NCBI RefSeq assembly: GCF_003334765.1
Contig: NZ_QOWT01000001.1
Reading direction: 5' to 3' (one strand)
Length of the DNA: 64,000 bases
From: Escherichia coli
Lineage (GTDB): Bacteria; Pseudomonadota; Gammaproteobacteria; Enterobacterales; Enterobacteriaceae
Both the position numbers and the translations under genes were made by a program. The notes under the pieces were generated by a model that made no database searches, was not told the origin of the DNA, and saw only the letters and a program-made list of their open reading frames with translations. Position 1 is the stretch's first letter; the number at the start of each line of letters is the position of its first letter. Positions 1 to 11,600 of the stretch are shown here, piece after piece.

Positions 1-3000
1 CCTTGCCACGGGGCGAGACAGCAGCGATTGCCAGAGTTCAGCCACCTGTTTTTCCAGCGCCGAATTCCCCCCGGCAACTGGCGTGGGTTTGGCTGGCTCA
101 GTCGGCGCATCAGACGGGGCATGCAGCGGCGTAAATAACGCTTCTCTTTGCCGGATCTGTAAAATGGGCAGACCGGTGCCAAAGCGCTGCTGTAAATAGC
201 GGCTCACGGCTTTTTTATCCGGGCGATTTACGCCAGGCGAACGCGCTACCAGCAGATGCTGGCGCAGCGGCGACGATTCCTGCGCGGGCCACGCCAGCTC
301 GTTTGCAAACCCGGCCTGAACGAGAACCTCCTGCCATGCGGAGCGGGTGAGCATCGGTTTCTCATCCCGGCGGCGGAAATCGCGGTATCCGCTTAATCCC
401 TCAATAAAGCCCACGCTCGCCAGCTGGAATACGCTGTTTCGCTCCGTCGCTTCAACGATCAGCAAACGTCCGCCGGCTTTCAGCAACAGTTTTAATCTGC
501 GCAACGTCTGGACGACATGGCTGGCGTCGTGGAGCACATTGACGGCAACGATCAGGTCGTAACCCGCCTCCGGGTGGGCGGTGAAATCCAGCGGCTGGTT
601 GATGTCGAACAAGGCATAAGACACCTGCGATTCATCATGGAAACGGGCTCTGGCGTCATTGAGGAACTGCGCGGAGACGTCCGTGAAGTGGTACGACTGC
701 CGCGTGTTCCGCGTGGCCTTCAGCACCGGCGCGGTAGTGGCTGCGGTTCCGGCGCCAACCTCCAGAATCCGTTCTGCGCTGCACAAGGCGGCAATCTGCG
801 CGGTATAGCGATTCAGACAGGCGCTGGCGGGGTTGTCGCGATACAGCGCGTCGGTAACGCGATGCTGCTCGTTGAACAGCAATTCCAGCGGAGAACACTG
901 CCCGGAGAAGAGGGCGTCGTGCCGGGCGATGCAGGTTTCCAGATACTGCGCCAGCGCCTGGCTCCATTGGCTTTGCGGGCACGCTTCCTGAGGCTCAGGA
1001 ATCTCGCTGAGCGGAATGCGGCAGCGCCAGCTTTCACCTTCGCGGATTAACCACTCTCTTTCCGTCAGACACTGTAGCCACTGGCGCAGCAGACGCTGGT
1101 GAGACGCTTGCGCGGACAGCGCCTGTACTACTGCGCTAAAGCGATGGGCGATCTCCGGCGTGGTAAACAGGCCGTGACGATTTAGCGTAGCCGCGATCCC
1201 CTGTAGCGCACGCGCCTCCAGCCAGCGCCAGGTCGCCTCCAGCTCATCAAGCTGCGCCTGCTCAGGCAACGGCAGCGCCAGTTGGGTAAGTTCGTGCTCA
1301 TCAGGCATCGCCGCTGATGGCGACGGATCGTCGGCCATCACGATATCCAGCGTCAACGCGCCCTGTTCGGTTATTTCCGCTCTGGCCTGCCGGATGCCGG
1401 GGTATTCGAGCGTCGCCTGCTCAATATCCCGCAGGTCGTAGTCCGCCTGCGCGTTCAGCGGCCAGCGTCGGCGGGGAATGTGCCCGGCGATGCCGCTGGC
1501 GAGAGTCTTCAGGCTTTCAGGGGCGGCGATGACGGCTTGCAGGATGGCGCAATAGTCATTAAACATCGCCTCGGCAGCGCCGGGTTCCAGCACGTTGTCC
1601 ATGCAGTACCAGCTAAACATCAACTCGCCGTCGCTCTCCATGACCTGATGATCCAGCCAGACCTGCGGCGTTTGCGTGAATACATAGCAGGGTTCGCCGA
1701 ACAGATGGCTCATCGCCTGATCGATAGTCATGCCTTCCAGCGTCATCCCCAGCATACTGGTAAACACTACCGGCATCAGCGGTTGACGTTGTGATCCGCG
1801 CAGGCGGCCCAGCTCACGGATCACCTCAACACCGTTCATTTCACTGTGCGCCATGTTTTGCCAGAGGCGCTGTTGGGTCTGTTGCATCTGCTCTTGCAAC
1901 GTCACCGGCGCTGAGAAGTTAAAATCAACCAGCGTGACGGAGGTAAAATCACCAATCAACTGGTTGATTTGCGGATGGATCGGCTGGCGATTGAAGAACG
2001 TCAGGTTCAGCGTAAATGTTGTGGTACGGCTCCAGCGCTCAAGGGTGGCGGCAAACAGCGTGAGCAGCGCGGCAGACGGTGTGACGCCTTGCTGCTGCCA
2101 GCGCTGTTTCACGGCCTGCCATTCTGTCTTGCCGATCGTCGATTTGAAGGTGGTGAAGTGTGGCGTTTCCGGGGGCGTCTCAACCACCGGCAGCTCTGGC
2201 GCTAAGGGCAGTTGCGGCAGTTTTTCCTGCCAGTAATCCCAGGCATCGTGCCATGCCGATGTCTGTCGGCGCGCCTGTTCAGCCATCACATAATCACGGA
2301 AGGTAATAGCGAGCGGCGCCAGCGTTTCACCGCGCCAGACCTGCGCCAGGTCGTCCATCATGACTTTAAAACTCTGCACATCAAACTGCAAAAGGTCGAG
2401 GTTCATATGCAGACGGTAATGGCAATCGTCGATTTCGCTGACCACCAGCTCAAAAAGAGGCCACTGGTCGGCAGGCAAAACGCGATAGCTCAGTTCATGC
2501 CGCCGTTTTTCCAGCGCGATGCGCTGTTCTTCCGGGGAAAGCGCGCGCAGATCGTCACGCGGGATGTGATACTCCGGCGTTGTCGCCAGGATTCGCTGCT
2601 GCCCGTCGGCATCAACCACCATACGCAACATATCGTGGCGTGCGATGAGCTGGTTCCATGCTTTCTCCAGTATGGCGAGATCGAACTCATCGTGGCGTTT
2701 ATCCCACTCAAACAGGACGTGACAGGCGACGCCGCCATAGCCAATGAGGTGGGTTCGCCCCAGCCAGTAGGCGTGCTGAATGGGCGTCAAAGGGAAGGGC
2801 GCATAACGCTCGTCGGCGTCGTGCCGCAACACTTCCGGCTGCGAAGCGGCAGGCGTCGCCTCTGGCTTAGAACAGATAAGCTGCGTGAGTCCATGAGGAG
2901 ACAGATCCTGCCACGCCCGTTCCGCATTGATGCGTACGCCCAGGTAGTGCTGAATATCGCTACTGAGTTCAAGGAAGAGCAGCGAGTCCATGCCGAGTTG

Positions 3001-6000
3001 CAACAGATCCTGGTTTGGATGCAGTGACGCCGGATCGCTCAGCCTTAGCTGAACCGCAATCCGCTTTTTCAGCCATGCCATCACCGCTGTTTCATCGCTC
3101 AGGCTGCCGTTAAAGGCGTTGTCATCAGCAGGAGGAATGACCGGCGTTGCGGCTTTTTCTGTGGCGCTGATGTTAAACAGAGCCTGTTGTAACGGGGGCA
3201 TTTTGTCGGTAAAAACGCGCATCGCCAGTCGCCACGGGGCGCCGCGCATCACCGCCTGTTCCAGGTGCCAGCAGCCTTCGGCATCGCTTAACGCGCCCAT
3301 ACCTCGGCTGGCGAGCGTCGCCAGCATTTCCGGCGTGGCCGCCCGACCGCTTTCTCCCCATGCGCCCCAGGCGACAGAGAGCGTTTTCGGCGCATCAAGG
3401 GTGGAAAACTGCTGGGCCAGCCCGTCCAGGTAGCCGCAGGCCAGCGCATGGGCGCTCTGACCCGGCGCGCCGAGGGTGGCGGCAGCGGAAGAGTAGAGAA
3501 TAAGATAGCGTCCGTCGTGGTTGCGCAGGGTTTGCACCAGCTGGCTTGCCGCCTGCGCTTTTACCGCGAAAACGGCAGCCAGCTGGTGGTCATCAAGCTC
3601 CTGCAAGGGCGCGTCAGCCAATACGCCAGCGGCATGAATCGCTCCGGCAATGCCGCCGTTGGCCGCCAGATCGTCAAGAACCGTGGCCAGTTGCCCGGCA
3701 TCGCCCACATCACAACGGCAGACGCGCGTCTGCCCGCCCTCCACGTCGCGTAGCCATGACTCATCCACGCGCGGCGCCAGCAGGGCGATGCGTCGCGCCC
3801 CTTTTTCTCTGAGCCAGTTCACGGCAAGGCGGCCTAATCCGCCAAACGCTCCGGTCACCAGATGCCAGCGGCTATCGCCGGTAAACACGTTTGCCGGTAA
3901 TTCAGCGGCGCATCCCGTATTGGGCGACAGTGAAGGAAGCCAAAGGGTGTCACCCCGTGCGGCGAGCCAGCGCTGTGATAGTGAGACTGCACTCAACCCT
4001 TGATGCAGCGTTTCCCACGGGGTGTTTTCGGCGAGATCGATGGCGGCAAGCAACCGTTCCGGCTGTTCGTTGGCCGCGACGCGAAGCAAGGCCCATAGCG
4101 CGTGATGGGATGCAGAGAGTGCTTCATTTTCCTCGACTCGCCACGCGCGGCGAGTAACCACAATCAATCCGGCTGCGCTGGCGGTGAGCGCTGCTATCAC
4201 TTTCTCCGCTAAGGCCAGCGTATCCTCGCTCTCCTCAACAATCATCAGTCGTGAAGAGGCGTGCGGATCGTGAATGATGCCGTATTGCGCCAGCTCGTCG
4301 CTGCGCGCAAGCGTACCGGCGCTGAAGCTAAAGGTAAGCGGATGGTCAATGCTGGCGACGTTGAGGGGCGTCCAGCGCCATTGATAATGCGTTTGCGGCG
4401 CAGGAAGAGGCGCGGCGGGCGATAGCGGCAGCCACTCGCCAGCAGGATGACGGGCTTCAACGCGCATCTGACCGCGGGAAAAGGCTTCGTTTTGCCAGCT
4501 TAAGCGAACCTTCCCTAGCCACTCCGGGGCGGCGACGGGGGGCGGTTCCACAGGCAGAGCGTCGCCATGACGCTGTGAAAGCAGACGCCAGGCCTCCTGC
4601 CAGCGGGCGTTAAACCGTTCGGGCTGACCTGCGCAATCAGACCAGTCGGCGAGATAATCACCGTTATCCGTCAGCGCCTGCCCCAACACGGGTTCTGATG
4701 GCGCGGTGAATGTTACGGCGCTAACCGCCTGACCGGGCAGCGTGGCGAGAATGATATGTTCGCTCATCCCGGCGGTCGGGCTGCCATCCTGCGGTAGCCA
4801 CGCCACTTTGCTGAATCCGGCGTGGCGGCACTGTTGTTGCCACTGAGCGGTGGTGAGGAATAACTCACCTTCGCGGGCGTCGAGATCCTGTAGCGGAAGA
4901 ACCAGCGGGCCGAAAACGAAGTCAAACAGACGCATTGGCTGGGTGATTTCGCGCATCAGCAGGCGCCCGCCCGGCTTGAGCAGGGGGCGCAGATTATCGA
5001 GCGTGCGGCCAATATGGCGGGTGGCGTGAATCACGTTCGCTGCCACGATAAGATCGTAAGACTGTGCCTGGAAACCCTGAGACTGCGCCTCTTTTTCGAG
5101 ATCCAGCTCGCTATACTTCACAAAATCATAGTCGGCGAATTTCTGCTGGGCGCGACGGGTGAACAGCGCCGAGATATCGGTGAAATGGTACTCCAGTGCC
5201 GGAACGCCGTTGAGTTCCGGCAGCAGCCACGCGGTGGTGCCGCCGGTTCCGCCGCCAACTTCAAGAATACGCAACGGCTGGCGGGGCTGACGCGTCTGGA
5301 CAATGCCGCGTAATACCCCGGCGGCGATTTGGTTGAAATAGCGGCCAAAGCTGAATTCCTGATACAGCACTTCCACGCCGTCGGAGGCGCTTTGCGGGAA
5401 GATAATCGCCACCGGTTCTTCCGCGCCGCTCATCATTTCATATAACCGATCGCCGGCACGGGCGATGGTGTCGGGAATAGCCTGAAAACCTTCACAATAA
5501 CCGGCAAGTTCCGTCAGCAGTGATTCCCGCTGTTGATGTTCAATGGGGCGGGCGCGGACGTATCGCCCGTCGGTGCAGCGGTAATCGCCGTCGACCACGC
5601 AGTTATTCAGCAGGCGCTGGAGTAGCTGCTGGTAGCGGGGCAGCAGACGTCCACGGCGCATGATGGTCATGGCGTCCACGCCGTTCTCAATGGCATCGCC
5701 GGTACAGCGTTGTACCAGTTGATCGACGTAGATGGCGTGCAGTCGCGTGGCGCACTGTTTAAGCGCTTCCAGGCGAGGGAGATCGAGCGCTGTCGCGGCG
5801 CGACTCGCCACCTCCAGCCCGGCAGACAGCGCTGCGTCGGCAGGCTCGCAGGCCGGGGAGACGCGCTCTTTCCAGTAACGTTCAGTATCAAACGGATAAC
5901 ATGGCGCAGCGATACGTTGTCCATCGCCCGCCAGCAGGTCGGCCCACGGTAGGGCGACGCCGGCAGCGTAAAGCTGGAGCAGGGCCTGATTGAGGACATC

Positions 6001-8541
6001 GCTCGCCTCTTTGTTACGCCGGGCGCTGGCTATCCAGTATGCGTTATCGCGGTATTCGCGCTGCCCGCAAGCAACCAACTGGGCATCGGGCCCCATCTCC
6101 AGAAAAACGCGGGCGCCGAGCTGATGCGCCACCTGAATACTCTGGATAAAACGCACCGGCTGGCGCATATGTCGGCGCCAGTAATCCGCCTGGTTGAGCG
6201 TTGACTCATCAATGACGTCGGCGGTGAGCGTGGAAATAATCGGTATTTGCCCCGGCTCCGCGTGCAGTCCCGCGCAGGCGTCCTGGAACCGATCGAGTAT
6301 CGGCTCCAGTAAAGCGGAGTGCGCCGCACCGGTTACGCTCAGGCGACGATAGTTAATGTCATGCTGCGAGAGCGTGGCGCAAAATACCGCGAGACGGGCT
6401 TCCGGCCCGGAAAATACCGTATGTTGCGTACCGTTGTTGGCGGCGAGATCCAGCTCAAACTGGCGAGCCAGCGGCATCAGCGTGTCTTCGTCTGCAAATA
6501 CCGCCACCATCGCGCCGCTTGCGCACTGCTGCATTAGCGCGCCGCGCCGACAAACCAGTGGCATGACCTGTTCAATCGTATAGTGTCCGCAGACAACGGC
6601 AGCGGCAAATTCACCGACGGAATGCCCAATGGCGAAGTCTGGCTTCAGTCCTTCAGCACGCCAGTGCGCCGCCATCGCGATTTCAAACGCGACAATCGCC
6701 GGCTGCGCCCAGGCCATATTGTCCAGCTGCGCCGAATCGGGGTTAAACATCGCTTCGCGCAGTGACGGCGTGAGCATTTCGCTACAGGCGGAAAAACAGC
6801 GATCCAGCGTGTCGGCAAACGCCGTTGAGTGCTGGTACATCGTTTGGCCCATAGTGCGCCAGTGCGAGCCCTGGCCGGTAAACAGCCACACCTGCTTGCC
6901 GCTGGCGCCGTGGCCGCTGTATACCTGCGCCCCCGATTTCTCACTAGCCCAGGTGCTGAGCGCGTCGGCGGTTTCACGGTTTAATGGCACCGCCAGGCGG
7001 AAAGGAAGATCGAGACGGCGCGCGTGCAGGGCCGTGAAGGCCAGATCGCTGGCATCCGCATTCTTCCTCAGCGCCCCGGCATAATCCGTCGCCAGCCGCC
7101 GCAACGCGCTGTCGCTGGCGGCGCTGAGCAGCAGCGCAGTACTTTTTCTGCCGCCATCCGTATTGGGGAGGCGCGCGTTGAGCGCATCGGGCAGCGAGGC
7201 GACGATCATATGGCAGTTGGTGCCGCCAATACCAAAGGAGGATACGCCCGCATAGCGCATTTCATCCTGCCACGCTTGCGCCGACACTGGTACGGTAAAG
7301 GGGCTCTCCTCAAGCTTCAGCGCCGGGTTGGGGGTGTGGAAATTCAATAAGGGTGGAATTTGTCCGCGACTGACGGCCAGAACGGTTTTCAGCAGTCCGG
7401 CAATGCCTGCCGCGGTATCCAGATGCCCCATATTGCTTTTCACGGAACCGAGCGCACAGCGCCTGTCCTGCGGGCGCGGCGCATAGACGTTGCGTAACGC
7501 TTCTATTTCAATCGCATCGCCCAGCGGTGTGCCGGTGCCGTGGGTTTCAATGTAACCTACCTGCCTGTCGTCGATGGCCGCCAGCATTAACGCCTCTTCG
7601 ATGACCGCCTGCTGCCCGGCGACGGAAGGGGCGGTATAGCCGACCTTTCTGTTGCCGTCGTTATTGACCGCGCTGGAGAGGATCACCGAGATAATCGGAT
7701 CGCCTGACAGTAGCGCGTCTTTCAGGCGACGCAGAACCACGCAGCCGAGACCATTACCGGCCCAGGTGCCCTCAGCCGAGGCGTCAAAAGGACGACAGTG
7801 GCCATCGGGAGAGAAAATCATTCCGGGCTGGTAGCGATAGCCCGCCTGCTGGGGGAAAGAGAGCGCCACGCCGCCGGCCACCGCCATATCGGATTCGCCT
7901 GCGCGCAGGCTTTCACAGGCCAGATGCACGGCAACCAGCGAGCTGGAGCAGGCGGTCTGTACCGATAACGCCGGGCCGTGCAGGTTGAGTTTGTACGCGG
8001 CGCGGGTGGCAATATAGTCTTTATCATTGCCCATCAGAGATTGCAGACCTTTTACCTGCGCGACTTCTGTCACGTTCAATGCTTCGCGACCGGGGTAGGT
8101 ACTCATCCGGGAAGAGGCGAAAACGCCGGTCTTATGGGGGACGGCGCCGGGGGCATAACCGGCATGTTCCAGCGCATGCCAGACCGCCTGCAAAAACAGG
8201 CGCTGCTGCGGGTCCATCGACTCCGCTTCCTGTCGCGAATAGCCAAACAGGGTGGCGTCGAAGCAGTCGGCGTTGTCTAACACCGTACCGATATTGACAT
8301 AATGAGGATCGTCAATGATGGCGGCATCCAGACCGACGGCCAGAAGCTCTTCGCGCGTAAAGCGTCGGCTGCATTCACGACCTTCCAGCAGATTTTGCCA
8401 GAACGTTTCGCCATCCGGCGATTCAGGAAAATGGCAGGCGTAGCCGATAACCGCGACAGGTTCGCAGTCCGGGTAGTGTTGAGCGATCGATGCATCAATG
8501 GAATCTGCTGTCGGCGCAGAAGAGAAGCGCAAGTTATCCAT
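1..8541 (-). CDS. irp1: HMWP1 yersiniabactin PKS/NRPS, 5' portion; 3' end runs off the window start
   Basis: Minus-strand frame is open from ATG at 8539-8541 (translates MDNLRFSSAPTADSIDAS...) down to position 1; no listed minus-strand ORF shares this frame; lies 87 bp downstream of irp2. Confidence 0.9.
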   Translation of the reverse strand, partial: MDNLRFSSAPTADSIDASIAQHYPDCEPVAVIGYACHFPESPDGETFWQNLLEGRECSRRFTREELLAVGLDAAIIDDPHYVNIGTVLDNADCFDATLFGYSRQEAESMDPQQRLFLQAVWHALEHAGYAPGAVPHKTGVFASSRMSTYPGREALNVTEVAQVKGLQSLMGNDKDYIATRAAYKLNLHGPALSVQTACSSSLVAVHLACESLRAGESDMAVAGGVALSFPQQAGYRYQPGMIFSPDGHCRPFDASAEGTWAGNGLGCVVLRRLKDALLSGDPIISVILSSAVNNDGNRKVGYTAPSVAGQQAVIEEALMLAAIDDRQVGYIETHGTGTPLGDAIEIEALRNVYAPRPQDRRCALGSVKSNMGHLDTAAGIAGLLKTVLAVSRGQIPPLLNFHTPNPALKLEESPFTVPVSAQAWQDEMRYAGVSSFGIGGTNCHMIVASLPDALNARLPNTDGGRKSTALLLSAASDSALRRLATDYAGALRKNADASDLAFTALHARRLDLPFRLAVPLNRETADALSTWASEKSGAQVYSGHGASGKQVWLFTGQGSHWRTMGQTMYQHSTAFADTLDRCFSACSEMLTPSLREAMFNPDSAQLDNMAWAQPAIVAFEIAMAAHWRAEGLKPDFAIGHSVGEFAAAVVCGHYTIEQVMPLVCRRGALMQQCASGAMVAVFADEDTLMPLARQFELDLAANNGTQHTVFSGPEARLAVFCATLSQHDINYRRLSVTGAAHSALLEPILDRFQDACAGLHAEPGQIPIISTLTADVIDESTLNQADYWRRHMRQPVRFIQSIQVAHQLGARVFLEMGPDAQLVACGQREYRDNAYWIASARRNKEASDVLNQALLQLYAAGVALPWADLLAGDGQRIAAPCYPFDTERYWKERVSPACEPADAALSAGLEVASRAATALDLPRLEALKQCATRLHAIYVDQLVQRCTGDAIENGVDAMTIMRRGRLLPRYQQLLQRLLNNCVVDGDYRCTDGRYVRARPIEHQQRESLLTELAGYCEGFQAIPDTIARAGDRLYEMMSGAEEPVAIIFPQSASDGVEVLYQEFSFGRYFNQIAAGVLRGIVQTRQPRQPLRILEVGGGTGGTTAWLLPELNGVPALEYHFTDISALFTRRAQQKFADYDFVKYSELDLEKEAQSQGFQAQSYDLIVAANVIHATRHIGRTLDNLRPLLKPGGRLLMREITQPMRLFDFVFGPLVLPLQDLDAREGELFLTTAQWQQQCRHAGFSKVAWLPQDGSPTAGMSEHIILATLPGQAVSAVTFTAPSEPVLGQALTDNGDYLADWSDCAGQPERFNARWQEAWRLLSQRHGDALPVEPPPVAAPEWLGKVRLSWQNEAFSRGQMRVEARHPAGEWLPLSPAAPLPAPQTHYQWRWTPLNVASIDHPLTFSFSAGTLARSDELAQYGIIHDPHASSRLMIVEESEDTLALAEKVIAALTASAAGLIVVTRRAWRVEENEALSASHHALWALLRVAANEQPERLLAAIDLAENTPWETLHQGLSAVSLSQRWLAARGDTLWLPSLSPNTGCAAELPANVFTGDSRWHLVTGAFGGLGRLAVNWLREKGARRIALLAPRVDESWLRDVEGGQTRVCRCDVGDAGQLATVLDDLAANGGIAGAIHAAGVLADAPLQELDDHQLAAVFAVKAQAASQLVQTLRNHDGRYLILYSSAAATLGAPGQSAHALACGYLDGLAQQFSTLDAPKTLSVAWGAWGESGRAATPEMLATLASRGMGALSDAEGCWHLEQAVMRGAPWRLAMRVFTDKMPPLQQALFNISATEKAATPVIPPADDNAFNGSLSDETAVMAWLKKRIAVQLRLSDPASLHPNQDLLQLGMDSLLFLELSSDIQHYLGVRINAERAWQDLSPHGLTQLICSKPEATPAASQPEVLRHDADERYAPFPLTPIQHAYWLGRTHLIGYGGVACHVLFEWDKRHDEFDLAILEKAWNQLIARHDMLRMVVDADGQQRILATTPEYHIPRDDLRALSPEEQRIALEKRRHELSYRVLPADQWPLFELVVSEIDDCHYRLHMNLDLLQFDVQSFKVMMDDLAQVWRGETLAPLAITFRDYVMAEQARRQTSAWHDAWDYWQEKLPQLPLAPELPVVETPPETPHFTTFKSTIGKTEWQAVKQRWQQQGVTPSAALLTLFAATLERWSRTTTFTLNLTFFNRQPIHPQINQLIGDFTSVTLVDFNFSAPVTLQEQMQQTQQRLWQNMAHSEMNGVEVIRELGRLRGSQRQPLMPVVFTSMLGMTLEGMTIDQAMSHLFGEPCYVFTQTPQVWLDHQVMESDGELMFSWYCMDNVLEPGAAEAMFNDYCAILQAVIAAPESLKTLASGIAGHIPRRRWPLNAQADYDLRDIEQATLEYPGIRQARAEITEQGALTLDIVMADDPSPSAAMPDEHELTQLALPLPEQAQLDELEATWRWLEARALQGIAATLNRHGLFTTPEIAHRFSAVVQALSAQASHQRLLRQWLQCLTEREWLIREGESWRCRIPLSEIPEPQEACPQSQWSQALAQYLETCIARHDALFSGQCSPLELLFNEQHRVTDALYRDNPASACLNRYTAQIAALCSAERILEVGAGTAATTAPVLKATRNTRQSYHFTDVSAQFLNDARARFHDESQVSYALFDINQPLDFTAHPEAGYDLIVAVNVLHDASHVVQTLRRLKLLLKAGGRLLIVEATERNSVFQLASVGFIEGLSGYRDFRRRDEKPMLTRSAWQEVLVQAGFANELAWPAQESSPLRQHLLVARSPGVNRPDKKAVSRYLQQRFGTGLPILQIRQREALFTPLHAPSDAPTEPAKPTPVAGGNSALEKQVAELWQSLLSRPVAR

Positions 8542-8628
8542 AATCGGTCCCGTTTCCTAAGATTCACAAAGTCAATGGAACGCCATGCGTTCGCGATGGC
8601 GTTCCGGGGAAAATCAGTTTGCTTCGCG

Positions 8629-11600
8629 CTATATCCGCCGCTGACGACGGCGAACAGGGCGAGGTCGTTTTGTTTTCTCCACCGTGGCGACGCCGGCCAG
8701 ATAATCGGCCAGGGCAGCAGGAGAAGGGTGGGTGAAGAGGTCAAGCAACGTCAGGGTGGAAAATTCGTGACGTTGTAACAAAACGTGCAGTTGCACCAGA
8801 TTCAGCGACGTTGCGCCCGCCTCAAAGAAGTTTTCTGCGGGCGTGACAGACTCGCCAACCACCTCGCGGAAGGCGTCGCAAATCAGGCTGACGGTGCTCT
8901 CGTCCGCCGCAATGTGTGGCTGAGAGTGCTCAGGGCATACGCGCGGTGAGCGCTCTGCGCATTGCCCTGCGTGTTTAACGGGAGGCACCAGCGCGGCGAG
9001 CGGCAGTTGCCAGCCGCTTTCATCCTCGGCCATTCGGTTTAGCAATGCGCAATACTGTTCAAACTGGCGCTCCACCTGCCCGGCAGGAAACAGCGCGGCG
9101 ACAAAATCCCAGTTAAAGCGCAGTTCGCCTTCGGATTCATAAATCTGGTGATCGAGCCAGACCTGCGGCGTCTGGGAGATGCCCCAGACCGGTTTGAGCA
9201 GATTACGCCGGGCGAGGAAGTTATCCTGCTCAAAGCCCAGTGCGCTGGTAAAGACGACGGGCATCGGAACGGCAGGCACGTTTTGCCGTTGCGCCAGTTG
9301 ACGCATCACGCGGATGGCTGACACATCGCGGTGGTTGAGGTTCTGGCTCAGCCGCTGCTGTAGTGACTGCGCGCTGTGCAGCCAGCTTTCGCCGGGATGC
9401 CAGCTCAGCAGCATCAGCGAGGTGAAATCGCCCAGAATCTGGTTGATTTGCGGGTGCAGCGGTCGCCTGTCGAAAAGCGTAAGGTTAAGCGTGAACTCAG
9501 GCTGTGCACTCCATGCAGAGAGAACCGTTGACCACACCGACAACAGTACGGCCGACGGGGTGAGATGGGCGTCAGCCGCCCGTTTTTTCAGCCGATGCCA
9601 GCGCGTGCTGTCCAGTGCGCCGTTCAGGCGGGCGAAGCGCGGTGTTTCAACCTCCTGAGGCAAGCAGCGCAGCGGCAACGCAGGCGCCGGAGGAATATCA
9701 TCAAGCTGCGCCTGCCACCATGCCAGAGAATCTGGATTGGGCGACTGTAGCGAGGGTTGTTGCAGATAATCCCTGAAGGTGACGGGCAGCGGCGGAAGCA
9801 GCTGTTGCGGGTAGCGGTAGCCGTGCTCCAGCTCCGCCAGCAGGATCTGCATGCTCAGACCGTCAAGCAACAGGTTATCCAGACACAGCCACAGGCGGGC
9901 AGGCATCCCGTCCACGTATCCGACCTGGAGATCGAATACCGGCCACACTTCGGGGTTGAGTACCTGATGCGCCAGTTTTTCGCGCACCCGCAACGCCTCT
10001 TCAGGCGTATGGAGGGTGTGTGCGGGTATCACCCAAGGGGGCGTCTGTTCGAGCACCTGTTGCTGTCCATCACGCACGATGGCGCGCAGCATATCGTGGC
10101 GGGCGATTAATCGGTTCCAGACCGTCTCCAGCCGGGTGAGGTCCAGATCGGCAATTTCAAATTCAACAAAGAAATGTGAGCCGACGCCGCCCAGGGCAAA
10201 GCCCGGCTGACGCCCCACCAGGTAAGCCTGCTGCACGTCGGTAAGCGCAAAGGGCTGGTAGCGATCTTCAGGGGAGTGGACGAATGGTTGTTCGACCGGG
10301 ACGTCGGTTTTCCGCAGCGTGGCGGCAAAATCCGCCAGCCGGGGATGATTAAACAGGTCGCTTAATTGCGCTTCATAACCTGCCTGATGAAGTTGCCCGG
10401 TCAGACGGGTCGCCAGCAGGCTATCGCCGCCTTGCTGGAAGAAGTCGGTTTCTCTGGTGACATTGCCAGTTGATAAGAGTTGCTGCCAGAGGGCGGCAAC
10501 CTGTTTTTCAATGTCGCCCTGGGGTAAATCCGCTTCGGCCGGGTTTTCCGCTTCAGGGGTATGACGACGCTTCAGCGCCTGGTAGTCAATTTTCCCGTTA
10601 GCCGTCAGCGGTAAGGCGTCGAGGAATACGATCCGTTGCGGCACCATCCACCCCGGCAGACTCCCGGCGAGGGCGGCCTGAAGTTGACGGGGATCGCGGC
10701 GCACCTGCCTGTCAGGACATTGTACGAGGAAGCGTTGTAACCCCGCGACCTCATCGCCATGCTGACAGTTGAAGCCGGCCGCGCTAAATAATGCCGCCCA
10801 GTCGGCGCTGTTATGCAGCAAGGCCTCCGGCTGCCCATTGGTTAACAGGAGCGTGCTGAGTAGGGCGGACGGCGTTAACTGGCGAAACTCCATCACGTAG
10901 AGCAGCGCGCCGGGAACGGCAAGCTGTTGTAATGTCGCAAGGAGCCCGGGATCTTCCGGCAGCAGACGATGCAGGGCGTTATTAAGCCAGATAATGTCCG
11001 CCGAGTGAGCGTGCGTCGCCAGCGTGTCTGCATTCCAGAGGGACAGACGGGCGCCAGGCCAGGGGGCGAGCCTCTGCCGGGCGCTCAGCAGCATCTCCTG
11101 GCTCTGCTCAAGCCCGACATACTCAATCTGTCCGGCGTTGAGCTGTGCTAACAGCGATTCTGCGGCGCGGCCAGTGCGGGTTCCCACCTCAAGCAGGCGT
11201 ACCGGGCGCTGTAAGCGCTGTGCAAGCTGTTGGCAAATTGTCGCCAGTTCCTGAATATACGGGGCGCTGGCCGGATGGTTAAAGGCCAGGCTTTCCGGCG
11301 ACCACTGCGCGTCGTTCAGTAACGACAGTTCGTTACGGGCACCGCGAAGAATTTGCGATAACGTTAAATCATGTCCGCTGAAGTGCGGGTGCTCATCCTC
11401 GCGTTCTTCACCAGCGCAGACCTGATAACCTTCAGCAGCGGGCTTCAGTCGCCGTTGTGTCACCAGAAATGCTAACCAGCGTTCCACCACGGCCTGCCAG
11501 CGCGGCTGGATAGCGAGTGAGTTCATCAGGGGGAGAGGATCGGCGCCAGCGGTGTGACCCGGCTTCAGTTTTAGCAGGCGATGCTGAAGGAAATCGGCTA

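Noticed and set aside
517..8778. Many plus-strand ORFs of 100-270 aa inside irp1 and irp2 (for example 517-1050, 2212-3027, 8302-8778)
   Set aside because: Antisense to a continuous NRPS/PKS frame in GC-rich DNA; Arg/Ala/Gly-rich translations with no motifs; typical spurious ORFs in high-GC coding sequence
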